From NCBI GenBank assembly GCA_049606355.1, contig JBMYVL010000006.1:90001-122000 (forward strand): 32,000 bases of DNA, written 5' to 3'. A model generated the notes under the pieces. It ran no database searches, had not been told where the DNA came from, and saw nothing but the letters and a program-made list of their open reading frames with translations. Below, in pieces: positions 1-11,300 of the stretch. Each line of letters starts with the position of its first letter. The first letter of the stretch is position 1. Both the position numbers and the translations under genes were made by a program. Origin of the DNA: Opitutales bacterium (GTDB lineage Bacteria > Verrucomicrobiota > Verrucomicrobiia > Opitutales > Coraliomargaritaceae).

Positions 1-458
1 GTGCCTCCGGCCGCATCCGTGTGAAGATCTACACCGCACGCCCGGGTGTGGTGATTGGTCGCAAGGGCCAGGAACTCGACAAGCTGAAATTTGAGCTGAA
101 CAAAAAGGTCGGCAAGGACGTCATGCTCGACATTCAGGAAGTGAAGCGCCCGGATCTTTCCGCGCAATTGGTCGCCGAGAATGTAGCCCTGCAACTGGAG
201 CGTCGGATTGCCTTCCGCCGTGCGATGAAGCGCGCGGTGCAAACCACCATGGCGATGGGTGCTGAGGGCATCCGGATTCAGTGTGGCGGTCGTCTCGGTG
301 GTGCGGATATTGCCCGTACCGAGCAGCAGCGCATGGGCAAGGTGCCTTTGCAAACACTGCGCGCGAATATCAACTACGGCTTCAGTGAAGCCAGCACTGT
401 CTATGGCATCATAGGCGTGAAATGCTGGATCTGCCTGCCCGACGAAGACGAGATTTAA
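1..458 (+). CDS. rpsC: 30S ribosomal protein S3, C-terminal part (5' end lies outside the window)
   Basis: The reading frame is open from base 3. It reads ..[25 protein letters not shown].., matching the S3 KH-domain motif IHTARPGIVIGKKG. It sits directly upstream of rplP. Confidence 0.95.
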   Translation, partial: ASGRIRVKIYTARPGVVIGRKGQELDKLKFELNKKVGKDVMLDIQEVKRPDLSAQLVAENVALQLERRIAFRRAMKRAVQTTMAMGAEGIRIQCGGRLGGADIARTEQQRMGKVPLQTLRANINYGFSEASTVYGIIGVKCWICLPDEDEI

Positions 459-494
459 TCTAATTCTATAGTTAACATTTAATACGAGCGAATC

Positions 495-911
<417 letters not shown>

Positions 912-945
912 TCCGTAACCCGAGCGATTTAGAAAGAAATTTATT

Positions 946-1149
946 ATGAACACCAAAGACATACGCGAAATGTCAGAAGCTGAAATTGAAAAAAAGCTAC
1001 GCGAGACCCGCGACGCCCAAGTCACACTGCGCATGAAAAAGCAGACCGGCCAAGTCGAGCACCCGCACGAATTCACGCAATTACGCCGCGATATCGCGCG
1101 TCTTGAAACTATCCTTAGTGAGAAGAAGTTGGCTGGAGCCAATGCCTAA
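946..1149 (+). CDS. rpmC: 50S ribosomal protein L29
   Basis: A 67-aa helical protein with a KDIREMSEAEIEKKL start, placed between rplP and rpsQ. Confidence 0.93.
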   Translation: MNTKDIREMSEAEIEKKLRETRDAQVTLRMKKQTGQVEHPHEFTQLRRDIARLETILSEKKLAGANA

Positions 1150-1169
1150 TCACCAGCCCTTGATTTGTT

Positions 1170-1454
1170 ATGTCAGAAGCTACACGCAACTCTCGTAAGT
1201 CTTTGATCGGTGAAGTTACCAGCCGTTCCGGCGATAAAACCATCAAAGTCACGTATTTCTATAAGATCCCGCACCCGCTGTACCGTAAGGAAATTAAGCG
1301 GAAGACGGTGGTGCACGCACACGATGCGGCCAACGATTGTGGCATCGGCGACAAGGTCGAGATCATGGAGACTCGCCCGCTGAGTAAGCTGAAGCGCTGG
1401 CGTGTGACGCGTGTGCTGGAGCGCGCACCGAAGATCGGCGGCGACGCTGCTTAA
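1170..1454 (+). CDS. rpsQ: 30S ribosomal protein S17
   Basis: 94 aa, with the S17-like KTIKV..V.HAHD....GD.V.I.E.RPLSK motif and the conserved position. Confidence 0.95.
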   Translation: MSEATRNSRKSLIGEVTSRSGDKTIKVTYFYKIPHPLYRKEIKRKTVVHAHDAANDCGIGDKVEIMETRPLSKLKRWRVTRVLERAPKIGGDAA

Positions 1455-1510
1455 CTGAACCGCGAAGCACTCGTTAGAAACTTTTTAAACCCAAACTGAG
1501 GATTTAAGTC

Positions 1511-1873
1511 ATGATTCAAATGAACAGCCGCGTATTTATTGCGGATAACACCGGCGCGAAATCGGCCGAAATGATCCGCCGTCTCGGACAGAACAAGAAG
1601 ACTGCTTCTGTTGGCGACGTGATCGTATGCAATGTCAAGGAAGCCTCCACCGATGCCTCCGTTAAAAAAGGAGAAGTGGTGAAGGCGGTCGTGGTTCGCA
1701 CTGTGGCACCCATTCGTCGTGGTGACGGTAGCTACCTGCGCTTTGATAACAACGCCGCAGTGATCATCAACGCCGACGGCAATCCAAAAGGTACACGTAT
1801 CTTCGGACCGGTAGCTCGTGAGCTCCGCGCCAAGTATATGAAAATCATTTCACTCGCACCCGAGGTCCTCTAA
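1511..1873 (+). CDS. rplN: 50S ribosomal protein L14
   Basis: [17 protein letters not shown] start, 120 aa, and a GAGGA Shine-Dalgarno upstream. Confidence 0.97.
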   Translation: MIQMNSRVFIADNTGAKSAEMIRRLGQNKKTASVGDVIVCNVKEASTDASVKKGEVVKAVVVRTVAPIRRGDGSYLRFDNNAAVIINADGNPKGTRIFGPVARELRAKYMKIISLAPEVL

Positions 1874-1875
1874 TC

Positions 1876-2118
<243 letters not shown>

Positions 2119-2204
2119 GCGCGCAGATCGACGCAGAATTCGAAATTCTCTTAACAACTAAACTCCAAAACCGCATCCCGGGTCGGTAATCCGGTTGACG
2201 ACAA

Positions 2205-2804
2205 ATGGAACAAGCATTCCTCCAGAAACACTATCAAGAAAAGGTCATTCCCGCGCTTAAGGAAAAGTTCGGTTATGCAAACGCACACGTGGTCCCTGCG
2301 GTCTCTAAGATCGTGATCAACTCCGGGTTCAGTGCGACCGCTGACAAGAACCATGCGACTTATGTGAATGAAGAGATCGCCAAGATTTCCGGCCAGCGCC
2401 CGATCACCACGAAAGCGAAGTTGAGCATTTCTAACTTCAAACTCCGCGAAGGCCAACCGATCGGTTGTAAAGTTACGCTACGCGGGCGCTCGATGTATGA
2501 TTTCATGCTACGTTTGATCAACATCGCACTGCCTTGTATTCGTGACTTCCGCGGAGTACCGGTCAAATTTGACGGACAGGGCAACTACACCCTGGGTATT
2601 GCCGATCACACGATCTTCCCCGAAGTGAGTGCGGAGGGTACTGCGGCAACGATTGGTATGGATATCTCCTTCACGACGACCGCAGCAAGCGACGAGGAAG
2701 GCCGCGAATTGCTTCGCCTTTTCGGTATGCCGTTCCGCAAGTCATCCTCTGAAATTGCAGCCGAAGAAGCAGCTGCCGCCGAAGCTGAAACTGCCGACGC
2801 CTAA
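2205..2804 (+). CDS. rplE: 50S ribosomal protein L5, with a short Ala/Glu-rich C-terminal tail
   Basis: YQEKVIPALKEKFGYANAHVVPAVSKIVIN matches the L5 N-terminus. Length is 199 aa against about 179 aa in E. coli. Confidence 0.96.
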   Translation: MEQAFLQKHYQEKVIPALKEKFGYANAHVVPAVSKIVINSGFSATADKNHATYVNEEIAKISGQRPITTKAKLSISNFKLREGQPIGCKVTLRGRSMYDFMLRLINIALPCIRDFRGVPVKFDGQGNYTLGIADHTIFPEVSAEGTAATIGMDISFTTTAASDEEGRELLRLFGMPFRKSSSEIAAEEAAAAEAETADA

Positions 2805-2822
2805 ACTTTAAACTGTACGACC

Positions 2823-3128
2823 ATGGCTAAAATATCCGCAATCCATCGCAATAAAAAGCGCGAGCGCTTGATCGCTAAGTACGCAAACAAGCGTGCTGAG
2901 CTAAAGGCAATCCTGGCGAACCCTGAAACTTCTGATGAGGAGTTCTACAAGGCGCAGTCTAAACTTTCCAAGCTGCCTAAGAACAGCAGCCCGATCCGTG
3001 CCCGCAACCGTTGCTCGGTCACGGGTCGTCCACGTGCGTTCATCCGCAAATTCGGTCTTTCTCGGATCACATTCCGTGAGCTCGCCTCTCAAGGCAAGAT
3101 CCCCGGTGTGACGAAATCCTCTTGGTAA
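2823..3128 (+). CDS. rpsN: 30S ribosomal protein S14 (long, non-zinc form)
   Basis: 101 aa ending ..[24 protein letters not shown]. It has a single Cys, so no CxxC zinc ribbon. Confidence 0.95.
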   Translation: MAKISAIHRNKKRERLIAKYANKRAELKAILANPETSDEEFYKAQSKLSKLPKNSSPIRARNRCSVTGRPRAFIRKFGLSRITFRELASQGKIPGVTKSSW

Positions 3129-3180
3129 GCCCTACGGTCGTACCATTCGCAGCAATCTGAAAACCCAGCAGTAAACTACT

Positions 3181-3579
3181 ATGGCAGTTCATGATACCAT
3201 TGGTGATTTCCTCACCATCATTCGCAATGCAAGCGCCGCGCGTAAAGCAACCGCGGTCACACCGCATTCTAAAATGCGCCTTGCACTTCTTAAAATTCTA
3301 AAGAACGAGGGCTATATTGCCGACTTTTCCGAGGGACAAAACGACAAGGGCTTCAAGACCTTGGAGATCCGTATGAAGTATGTCGGTAATACACCAGCAA
3401 TCACTGGTATTGAGCGTCACAGTACGCCTGGTCGCCGTCTCTACTATGGTGCGCGCGAAATCCCACGTGTTCTCGGTGGCCTCGGTGTGGCTATTCTCAC
3501 AACTTCCAAAGGCGTCATGCGCGCCCGCGATGCCCGTGAAAACGGTGTTGGCGGCGAGCTCGTCTGCAAGGTCTGGTAA
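3181..3579 (+). CDS. rpsH: 30S ribosomal protein S8
   Basis: DTIGDFLTIIRNA start and GGELVCKVW end are typical S8. Length is 132 aa. Confidence 0.96.
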   Translation: MAVHDTIGDFLTIIRNASAARKATAVTPHSKMRLALLKILKNEGYIADFSEGQNDKGFKTLEIRMKYVGNTPAITGIERHSTPGRRLYYGAREIPRVLGGLGVAILTTSKGVMRARDARENGVGGELVCKVW

Positions 3580-3595
3580 TTGAAAGGCAATTAAG

Positions 3596-4132
3596 ATGAG
3601 CAGAATTGGTAAACTTCCTATTCCCGTCCTCGACAAGGCTAAGGTCGAAGTCGATGGGCAAACAATCCGTACCGAGGGTCCGAAAGGAAAACTCGAGAAA
3701 ACCTTCGATCGTTCGGTGAAAATCGAGCTGGTTGACAATGAGGTGCGCGTTTCCCCAGCTGACGAATCCCGTCATGCCCGCGCAATGTATGGTACGGCGC
3801 GTTCCATCATCAACAACATGGTTCATGGTGTCGTGAATGGTTTTAAAAAGGATCTCGAACTCAAGGGCGTTGGTTTTCGCTGTGCTCTTAAGGGGAAGGT
3901 GCTGGATTTAGCACTCGGCTATTCGCACCCCTGCTTGTTGGACATCCCCGAAGGGATCACCATCACCGTTAAGGAAAACACGAAGATCAGTGTCGAAGGT
4001 GCCGACAAACAAGTCGTTGGCGAAGTCGCCGCCTCGATCTTTGCGTTCTATCCGGCCGAGCCATACAAGGGCAAGGGTGTCCACATTGTCGGCAAGTACG
4101 TTCGCCGTAAGGAAGGTAAGAAGTCCGCTTAA
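3596..4132 (+). CDS. rplF: 50S ribosomal protein L6
   Basis: MSRIGKLPIPV start, 178 aa, conserved order. Confidence 0.96.
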   Translation: MSRIGKLPIPVLDKAKVEVDGQTIRTEGPKGKLEKTFDRSVKIELVDNEVRVSPADESRHARAMYGTARSIINNMVHGVVNGFKKDLELKGVGFRCALKGKVLDLALGYSHPCLLDIPEGITITVKENTKISVEGADKQVVGEVAASIFAFYPAEPYKGKGVHIVGKYVRRKEGKKSA

Positions 4133-4152
4133 CCATTAGGAGGATCACACAC

Positions 4153-4506
4153 ATGAAACTCGAAAAGAAAAAATCTCTGCTACAAAAGCGCCGCTGGCGC
4201 ATTCGCAAAAAGGTTAAGGGGTCTGCCGAACGTCCGCGTCTCGCCGTCCACTTCTCTAATAAGCACATCTACGCCCAATGCATTGATGACGTTCAAGGCC
4301 ACACACTTGCCTACGTCTCATCGGTTGCGAAGGGTACTGAAGCTAAAGCTAACAGCGAAGGTGCTGCCGAACTCGGTAAACTGATCGCAGAAAAAGCCAA
4401 AGCCGCCGGCATCGAAACCGTTGTGTTCGACCGTGCGGGCCGCCGTTACCACGGTTGTGTCAAAACATTCGCAGAAGCAGCACGCGAGGGCGGGCTCCAG
4501 TTCTAA
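4153..4506 (+). CDS. rplR: 50S ribosomal protein L18
   Basis: AGGAGG Shine-Dalgarno upstream. RPRLAVHFSNKHIYAQ.. and a ..AREGGLQF end are typical L18. Confidence 0.95.
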   Translation: MKLEKKKSLLQKRRWRIRKKVKGSAERPRLAVHFSNKHIYAQCIDDVQGHTLAYVSSVAKGTEAKANSEGAAELGKLIAEKAKAAGIETVVFDRAGRRYHGCVKTFAEAAREGGLQF

Positions 4507-4517
4507 GGACTTAGCAT

Positions 4518-5045
4518 ATGAGCAATCAAAATAGATCTTTCTCTCCTAAAAACGAAGCTGAAGAGGCGCCGGAATTCTCCGAAAAAGTAGTCCACATCAA
4601 CCGTTGCGCAAAAGTCGTCAAGGGTGGACGTCGTTTCAGCTTCGCGGCACTGGTTGTCGTTGGAAACCAAAAGGGTGAAGTTGGCGTCGGTTACGGCAAG
4701 GCCAAGGAAGTACCCGAGTGTATTCGCAAGGGCACCGAGCAAGCCAAGAAGAATTTGGTGAAAATCAATCTTCGTGGTGACACCATCCCGCACGCGGTGC
4801 GTGGTATCTCCGATGGCGGCGAAGTGCTCCTTCGTCCGGCAACCGATGGTACCGGTGTGATCGCCGGTGGTGGTGTGCGTGCTGTCCTCGAAGCGGTCGG
4901 TATCCACAATGTATTATCCAAATCGCTCGGTTCCAACAACCACTTGGCGATGGTGAATGCTACCATGGATGCGCTCAAGCAACTCCGTTCGAATGAAGAA
5001 ATTAAAAAGCTTCGCTTCAGTGACAGCGTCGCTGTTGAAGCATAA
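4518..5045 (+). CDS. rpsE: 30S ribosomal protein S5
   Basis: [27 protein letters not shown] is the S5 dsRBD motif. Length is 175 aa. Confidence 0.96.
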   Translation: MSNQNRSFSPKNEAEEAPEFSEKVVHINRCAKVVKGGRRFSFAALVVVGNQKGEVGVGYGKAKEVPECIRKGTEQAKKNLVKINLRGDTIPHAVRGISDGGEVLLRPATDGTGVIAGGGVRAVLEAVGIHNVLSKSLGSNNHLAMVNATMDALKQLRSNEEIKKLRFSDSVAVEA

Positions 5046-5057
5046 GGATCCGCAATC

Positions 5058-5522
5058 ATGAATCTTGATAAAATTCCAACAATTAAGGGTGCCACTCATG
5101 CGACCAAACGTCTGGGTCGTGGTGAGGGTAGTGGCCATGGTAAAACTTCGGGCAAGGGACATAAGGGTCAAAAGGCTCGTTCCGGTGGCGGTATCCGCAT
5201 TGGTTTCGAAGGTGGTCAAATGCCACTGTATCGTAAGCTGCCACGCCGTGGTTTTAATAACTTTAACTTCCGTACCAGTTTTCAGACGGTCAACGTCGGT
5301 GAGCTCGAAAAGGTTGCAGGCGAAACCATCAACCGCGAAACCCTGGTTAAGGCCGGGCTGATTCGTGACAACGATGAAGGCGTCAAGCTCTTGGGGGATG
5401 GTGACGTAAGCAAGGCATTGACCGTCACAGTTGATAAGGCTTCTGCTTCGGCAAAGAGCAAGATCGAGGCGGCTGGCGGCCAAGTCATTATCGCAACGCC
5501 TGCGGCAGACGCGGACGCGTAA
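5058..5522 (+). CDS. rplO: 50S ribosomal protein L15
   Basis: The GRGEGSGHGKTSGKGHKGQKARSG glycine/basic motif. Length is 154 aa. Confidence 0.95.
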   Translation: MNLDKIPTIKGATHATKRLGRGEGSGHGKTSGKGHKGQKARSGGGIRIGFEGGQMPLYRKLPRRGFNNFNFRTSFQTVNVGELEKVAGETINRETLVKAGLIRDNDEGVKLLGDGDVSKALTVTVDKASASAKSKIEAAGGQVIIATPAADADA

Positions 5523-5577
5523 GCGCCGCCTCATACGATTCTGCACTGCCTGTTTGTGGCGAACCCGATTGTTACCC

Positions 5578-7089
5578 ATGCTCTCCGCATTTACCAATTC
5601 ACTTAAAATACCGGAACTGCGCCAACGCATTTTCTTCACCTTGGCCTTGCTGTTTATTGCACGTGTCGGGGCGAACATCCCCTTGCCCGGGATGAACATT
5701 GGCCCGATTCGCGATTTCTTTGCGGATCAAGCCACTGTCGGTGGTGGTCTAGTTGGTTTCTACAACATGTTTACCGGTGGCGCCTTGTTGAATGGTGCGC
5801 TGTTTGCCTTGGGTATCATGCCGTACATTTCTGCATCGATTATCATGCAGTTGATGGGTGCGGTCTTTCCCGGCATCGCCCGTCTCCAGCAGGAAGGTGA
5901 TGTGGGTCGTCAGAAAATCAATCAGTACACGCGCTACCTGACGCTTGCGATTTGCCTAGTGCAAGGTCTGCTGTTGCTCGTTGCCCTGAGCACCAACCCC
6001 GGTAGTCTTATTGGACAAGGCTTCAGCCCGGCGGAGTACGGCCAGGTGGTCATTGCCAGCAAGGTGCAGTTCTTAATTACGGGTACTTTATTCCTCACTG
6101 CTGGATCCATGATCATGGTCTGGCTCGGCGAGCAAATTACTGAAAAGGGCATCGGTAATGGTATCTCTTTGTTGATCACCGTGAGTATCATCTCCGGTCT
6201 GCCAGGAGCTGTCGCCGCTACCTACCAAATGTTTAATGCACCCGTTGGCACAGAAGGGCGCCTGGGTCTGCCACAAGGTGTGATTATGCTGGCGCTTCTC
6301 TTTGTCGTGACTGCTGGCTTGGTGGCGATCACTCAAGCGCAACGCAAAATTCCGGTGCAGTACGCCAAGCGTGTTGTCGGGCGTAAAGTGTATGGTGGTC
6401 AAAGTTCGTTCCTGCCGCTCAAGGTGAACTATGCCGGTGTGATGCCCGTTATTTTTGCGAGTGCGATCATCATGTTTCCGACGCAGATCCTGAGTTACTT
6501 AGGTTCGGCGACGGGGATGCGCTTCTTTAACGATTTTGCCGATTCGCTCGGTCGCGGTGAGTTCGCGTACTATGCCGTCTTCGGCCTGCTGATCTTCGTT
6601 TTCAGTTATTTCTGGGTCTCGCTTATGTTCAAGCCGGTGCAAATCGCCGATGACTTGAAGAAAAATGGTGGCTACATTCCCGGCGTGCGCCCTGGTGATC
6701 CGACAGCTAAATTCCTGGATCATGTGATGACGCGTCTCACCTTAGCAGGTGCCATCTCCTTGACCCTGATTGCGCTCTTCCCCGACATTCTTTTGTTTAC
6801 CTACAATGTACCGTTTTCCGTCGCAATTTTCTTCGGCGGCACCGGTATGCTGATTACGGTTGGGGTGCTGCTGGATACCATGCGGCAAATCGAGACCTTC
6901 TTGCTCCAGCGCCACTATGACGGCTTCCTTAAAAAGGGGAAAATCCGTGGTCGCTCTGCCGCACGTAACAAGCAGTTGGTCGACGCCGCTGGCCTACAGG
7001 ATTTTTGGACGGCTTGGCGTCCGTTGTTGGTTCTCGCGATTGTCCTTTTCGCACTGGGGATTGTTTCCTGGTTTCTAAATTTGGGTTAA
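5578..7089 (+). CDS. secY: Preprotein translocase subunit SecY (503 aa, with an extra hydrophobic C-terminal segment)
   Basis: The track ORF 5431..7089 begins at a TTG that overlaps rplO. The first ATG at 5578 gives MLSAFTNSLKIPELRQRIFFTLALLFIARVG, a canonical SecY N-terminus. The protein is multi-TM throughout and follows rplO as expected. Confidence 0.93.
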   Translation: MLSAFTNSLKIPELRQRIFFTLALLFIARVGANIPLPGMNIGPIRDFFADQATVGGGLVGFYNMFTGGALLNGALFALGIMPYISASIIMQLMGAVFPGIARLQQEGDVGRQKINQYTRYLTLAICLVQGLLLLVALSTNPGSLIGQGFSPAEYGQVVIASKVQFLITGTLFLTAGSMIMVWLGEQITEKGIGNGISLLITVSIISGLPGAVAATYQMFNAPVGTEGRLGLPQGVIMLALLFVVTAGLVAITQAQRKIPVQYAKRVVGRKVYGGQSSFLPLKVNYAGVMPVIFASAIIMFPTQILSYLGSATGMRFFNDFADSLGRGEFAYYAVFGLLIFVFSYFWVSLMFKPVQIADDLKKNGGYIPGVRPGDPTAKFLDHVMTRLTLAGAISLTLIALFPDILLFTYNVPFSVAIFFGGTGMLITVGVLLDTMRQIETFLLQRHYDGFLKKGKIRGRSAARNKQLVDAAGLQDFWTAWRPLLVLAIVLFALGIVSWFLNLG

Positions 7090-7198
7090 TCCACTTCGGG
7101 CCGATACGACGGTCGTAGCCGATGCACGCGCTCCTTTTGTGAGACGTGTATCGCCATAACAAACGTTCTTTGATTCGCATTCACTCTTTCGCTGTCTG

Positions 7199-7966
7199 AT
7201 GAAATCCATTCGATCTGACGAAGATATCCAATCCATCCGCGAAGCGTGCAGCATTGCGGCGACTGTCCTGAAAAAGCTGGTCGATTCTGTGGAAGAGGGA
7301 ATGACCACCTATGATCTCGATCAGCTTGGTCGTACCACGATTGAAGCACTTGGCGCCGAAAGCGCATGCTTCAACTATCGTAATGGGCCACATGTCTTCC
7401 CCGCGTACACCTGTATTTCGGTCAACGAAGAAATCGTCCATGGGATCGGCAATCTGCGGCGCGTTATCCGCGGCGGTGATGTCGTATCCATCGATGTCGT
7501 GATTCGTTACCGTGGCTTTATTGGTGATAATGCGCGTACGGTATTGATTGCACCCGTGGCTGAAGCAAATCAGCGACTGGTCGACGCAACCGAGCAGGCG
7601 CTGGATTATGCCATCAGTTTTGCGCGAGCCGGCAATCGTGTCGGAGATATTTCCAATGCGGTGGAACGCTTCATCAAGCGCCATAAATTCGGTATCGTAC
7701 GCGATTTTGTAGGGCATGGCGTGGGTGCAACTATGCATGAACCCCCGCAAATCCCAAATTACGGACGCCGTGGGAGTGGCGCGCTGCTCAAGCCGGGCAT
7801 GGCGCTGGCGATCGAACCGATGATCAACCTCGGTGGAGCTGCCATTGAAATGCTCGATGATGGCTGGACCGCGGTGACGCGTGACCGCAAACCATCCGCG
7901 CATTTCGAACATACCGTCCTCGTGACCAACGGGGACCCAGAAATATTAACAATTGCTAAAAAATAA
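7199..7966 (+). CDS. map: Type I methionine aminopeptidase
   Basis: CISVNEEIVHGIG, GDVVSIDV, GHGVG and LAIEPM motifs of the MetAP metal-binding core. Length is 255 aa. Confidence 0.95.
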   Translation: MKSIRSDEDIQSIREACSIAATVLKKLVDSVEEGMTTYDLDQLGRTTIEALGAESACFNYRNGPHVFPAYTCISVNEEIVHGIGNLRRVIRGGDVVSIDVVIRYRGFIGDNARTVLIAPVAEANQRLVDATEQALDYAISFARAGNRVGDISNAVERFIKRHKFGIVRDFVGHGVGATMHEPPQIPNYGRRGSGALLKPGMALAIEPMINLGGAAIEMLDDGWTAVTRDRKPSAHFEHTVLVTNGDPEILTIAKK

Positions 7967-8038
7967 CTTTCCAAATCAGTTTTAACTGCTATTTTCCACA
8001 ACTTTTCCCGCTTTCCAGCGGTTTAACCAACTTTTTTT

Positions 8039-8404
<366 letters not shown>

Positions 8405-8435
8405 CGCACGCTTGATAATTTAGAGGACTTTTTAC

Positions 8436-8957
8436 ATGAGCGAAGAGCAAGTTAACGAAACTGAAGAAGAGAAGGTAGCCGTCGTGGCCGAAACCGCTGA
8501 CGCTGCGGATGCAGCTGAGGAGAAGCCGGTCAAGAAGGAAGAGACTGCAGAAGATCTTCTGAAGAGTGATTTAGAGGGCGTTAAAATCCGCCGTGCAAAG
8601 GGCAGTAAGAATATCACCGCGGGTGTGGTGAATGTTTTGGCGACCTTTAATAACACTAAGGTGACCTTTAGTGATGCGCGGGGTAACGTTATTTCTTGGT
8701 CCAGCGCAGGTAAGTGCAACTTCCGCGGTTCGCGCAAGTCGACTGCCTATGCGGCTCAAGTGGTCACGCAGGACGCCGGTCGTGTCGCGATGTCCCACGG
8801 CATGAAAGAAGTCGTGGTGAAGCTGAAAGGCCCCGGCATGGGTCGCGACTCCGCGGTGCGTGCGCTCCAATCTTTGGGTATGATTGTTACTGAAATTATC
8901 GACGTAACACCGGTTCCGCACAACGGATGCCGTGCCCCTAAACGCCGTCGTGTCTAA
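8436..8957 (+). CDS. rpsK: 30S ribosomal protein S11 with an acidic N-terminal extension of about 45 aa
   Basis: The core ..[47 protein letters not shown] is canonical S11. GAGGA lies 8 nt upstream of the ATG at 8436. There is no in-frame ATG/GTG/TTG closer to the conserved core. Confidence 0.93.
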   Translation: MSEEQVNETEEEKVAVVAETADAADAAEEKPVKKEETAEDLLKSDLEGVKIRRAKGSKNITAGVVNVLATFNNTKVTFSDARGNVISWSSAGKCNFRGSRKSTAYAAQVVTQDAGRVAMSHGMKEVVVKLKGPGMGRDSAVRALQSLGMIVTEIIDVTPVPHNGCRAPKRRRV

Positions 8958-9014
8958 TTGTGATGCTGCCACAGAGACACACTTAACTAGTTAGCAGACA
9001 ACCGAACATAGATT

Positions 9015-9623
9015 ATGGCCCGTTACACAGGACCGACGACTCGTATCAACCGCCGTTTTGGCACTGCAATCTTTGCGCCGACCAAGGCCTTTGAGCGTAA
9101 GCCACACCCTCCCGGTCAGCATGGCCCGCGCCTGCGCCGTAAGCTGAGCGATTACGCGATTGGCTTAAATGAAAAGCAGAAACTGCGCTTCATGTATGGC
9201 ATGACTGAGAAGCAGTTCCGTTTGACTTTTGAAAAGGCGAAGAACCAGCGTGGTGTGACCGGTGATATTTTCCTGCAAATGCTGGAAAGCCGTCTCGACA
9301 GTGTGATTTACCGTCTCGGTTTTGCCAAATCGCGTTCGGCGGCCCGCCAATTTGTTGGGCATGGCCACATTTGTGTGAATGGCAAAAAGACCGATATCGC
9401 CAGCTTCATGGTGAAGGAGGGTGACGAAATTGAGGTGCGCGAGCGGACCTCATCGCGCCAACTGGCAACGCGTAGCATGGAAGAAAGCCAAGCGCGCACC
9501 GTGCCCGAGTGGTTGACACTCAATGCCGATGCATTGAAGGCAACGGTGAACCGCCTGCCGAGCTCGGAAGAGACCGAAGCAGGGATCAATGTCCAGCTCA
9601 TCGTTGAGTACTACAGCCGTTAA
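9015..9623 (+). CDS. rpsD: 30S ribosomal protein S4
   Basis: MARYTGP start, an S4 RNA-binding domain (LESRLDSVIYRLGFA) and a length of 202 aa. Confidence 0.96.
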   Translation: MARYTGPTTRINRRFGTAIFAPTKAFERKPHPPGQHGPRLRRKLSDYAIGLNEKQKLRFMYGMTEKQFRLTFEKAKNQRGVTGDIFLQMLESRLDSVIYRLGFAKSRSAARQFVGHGHICVNGKKTDIASFMVKEGDEIEVRERTSSRQLATRSMEESQARTVPEWLTLNADALKATVNRLPSSEETEAGINVQLIVEYYSR

Positions 9624-9691
9624 TTCGCTGCTTTTAGTTACGGCACTCGCAGAGGGTCGGATATCTTTAATCAATTAACACAAATTCTATT

Positions 9692-10693
9692 ATGCCAAAG
9701 CGCCTAGGAAAATTCGAACTGCCGAACCGGTTGGTTAAAATCGAAGAGACGTCGACGGATACGTTCGCGACCTTCCACGCGGAGCCGTTCGAGACCGGCT
9801 ACGGTCACACCATTGGAAACTCGTTGCGTCGCGTCCTCCTGAGTTCCATTGAGGGAGCCGCGATTACATCCATCAAAATCGAGGGTGTGCAACACGAGTT
9901 CCAGAGTATTGACGGAATCGTCGAAGACGTGACCGACATCGTTCTGAATCTGAAAAAGGTTTTGTTTATTGCCGAGACTCGCGACGCGAAAACGCTCATG
10001 ATCGATATTGAGCGCGAAGGTCCGGTCACAGCTGCCGATATTCAGGAAGAAGCCGGTATCCAGGTAACGAATCCGGATCAAATCATTTGCACCTTGGACA
10101 AGAAGCAGCGTTTCCTCGCAGAGCTGGAAGTCCGCGTCGGTCGTGGGTACTGCCCAGGTGATGACAACAAGAAGGCGGATCAGGCGATTGGCGTGATTGC
10201 CATCGATTCACTGTTTAGCCCGGTCAAGCTGGTCAAGTACTCTGTCGAAAATACCCGTGTGGGTCAGGAAATGGACTACGATAAGTTGATTCTTGAAGTG
10301 ACTACCGATGGTCGGATCACTCCCGATGACGCCTTGAAGCAAAGTGCCGCCATCCTGAAGCATCATTTGGATGTGTTTGACGAGGTTTCCAAGGAAGACA
10401 TCGAATTCGAGAGCGAAAGTAAGGAAATCAGCGAAGAGCAGAATCGCCTGCGCAAGTTGCTCAACATGAGCGTCAATGAAATTGAGCTCTCTGTTCGTGC
10501 GGCCAACTGCTTGAACAACGCCAACATCACCACTGTGGGCGAACTGGCAATGAAGTCCGAACAGGAAATGCTCAAGTACCGCAATTTTGGTAAGAAGTCG
10601 CTGAACGAGATTAAGGACAAGCTCGAGCAACTCGGCCTCTCCCTCGGAATGAAGATCGACGAGCGTCTTCTCGACAAGGGTGCCGAACTTTAA
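9692..10693 (+). CDS. rpoA: DNA-directed RNA polymerase subunit alpha
   Basis: N-terminal domain GYGHTIGNSLRRVLLSSIEGAA and C-terminal domain ELSVRAANCLNNANITTVGEL. Length is 333 aa. Confidence 0.97.
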   Translation: MPKRLGKFELPNRLVKIEETSTDTFATFHAEPFETGYGHTIGNSLRRVLLSSIEGAAITSIKIEGVQHEFQSIDGIVEDVTDIVLNLKKVLFIAETRDAKTLMIDIEREGPVTAADIQEEAGIQVTNPDQIICTLDKKQRFLAELEVRVGRGYCPGDDNKKADQAIGVIAIDSLFSPVKLVKYSVENTRVGQEMDYDKLILEVTTDGRITPDDALKQSAAILKHHLDVFDEVSKEDIEFESESKEISEEQNRLRKLLNMSVNEIELSVRAANCLNNANITTVGELAMKSEQEMLKYRNFGKKSLNEIKDKLEQLGLSLGMKIDERLLDKGAEL

Positions 10694-10724
10694 TCTGCAC
10701 GACTACATTTTACAGAAAGTATTT

Positions 10725-11272
<548 letters not shown>

Positions 11273-11300
11273 GCCTGCCACCGTCATAAAAACATTTACC

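Noticed and set aside
2119-2204. An 86-nt rplX-rplE spacer with a small hairpin (AGAATT-CGA-AATTCT), considered as an S8 translational operator.
   Set aside because: I cannot match it to the S8 binding structure from sequence alone. The 6-bp AT-rich stem is weak, so the call is unsupported.
5431-5577. The ORF-track N-terminal extension of secY (TTG start at 5431). Analogous extensions occur at 12511 (dehydratase), 19402 (orphan), 20349 (EEP), 21219 (rlmH), 23109 (kinase-like), 24497 (SBP) and 29887 (rho).
   Set aside because: The extensions overlap the upstream gene, start at TTG or GTG, and add Arg/Cys-rich residues unlike the protein family. In each case an ATG further in yields the canonical N-terminus.
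4914-5699. A long antisense ORF (261 aa) opposite rpsE/rplO/secY. Similar antisense or alternative-frame ORFs occur at 7181-7912, 10703-11302, 16760-17485, 22016-22813, 22911-23417 and 24533-25441.
   Set aside because: Each lies fully opposite, or out of frame with, a gene that has unmistakable conserved motifs. Their translations are Arg/Pro/Gly/His-rich low-information sequence typical of the non-coding frames of GC-rich genes, and none has a recognisable motif or plausible start context.
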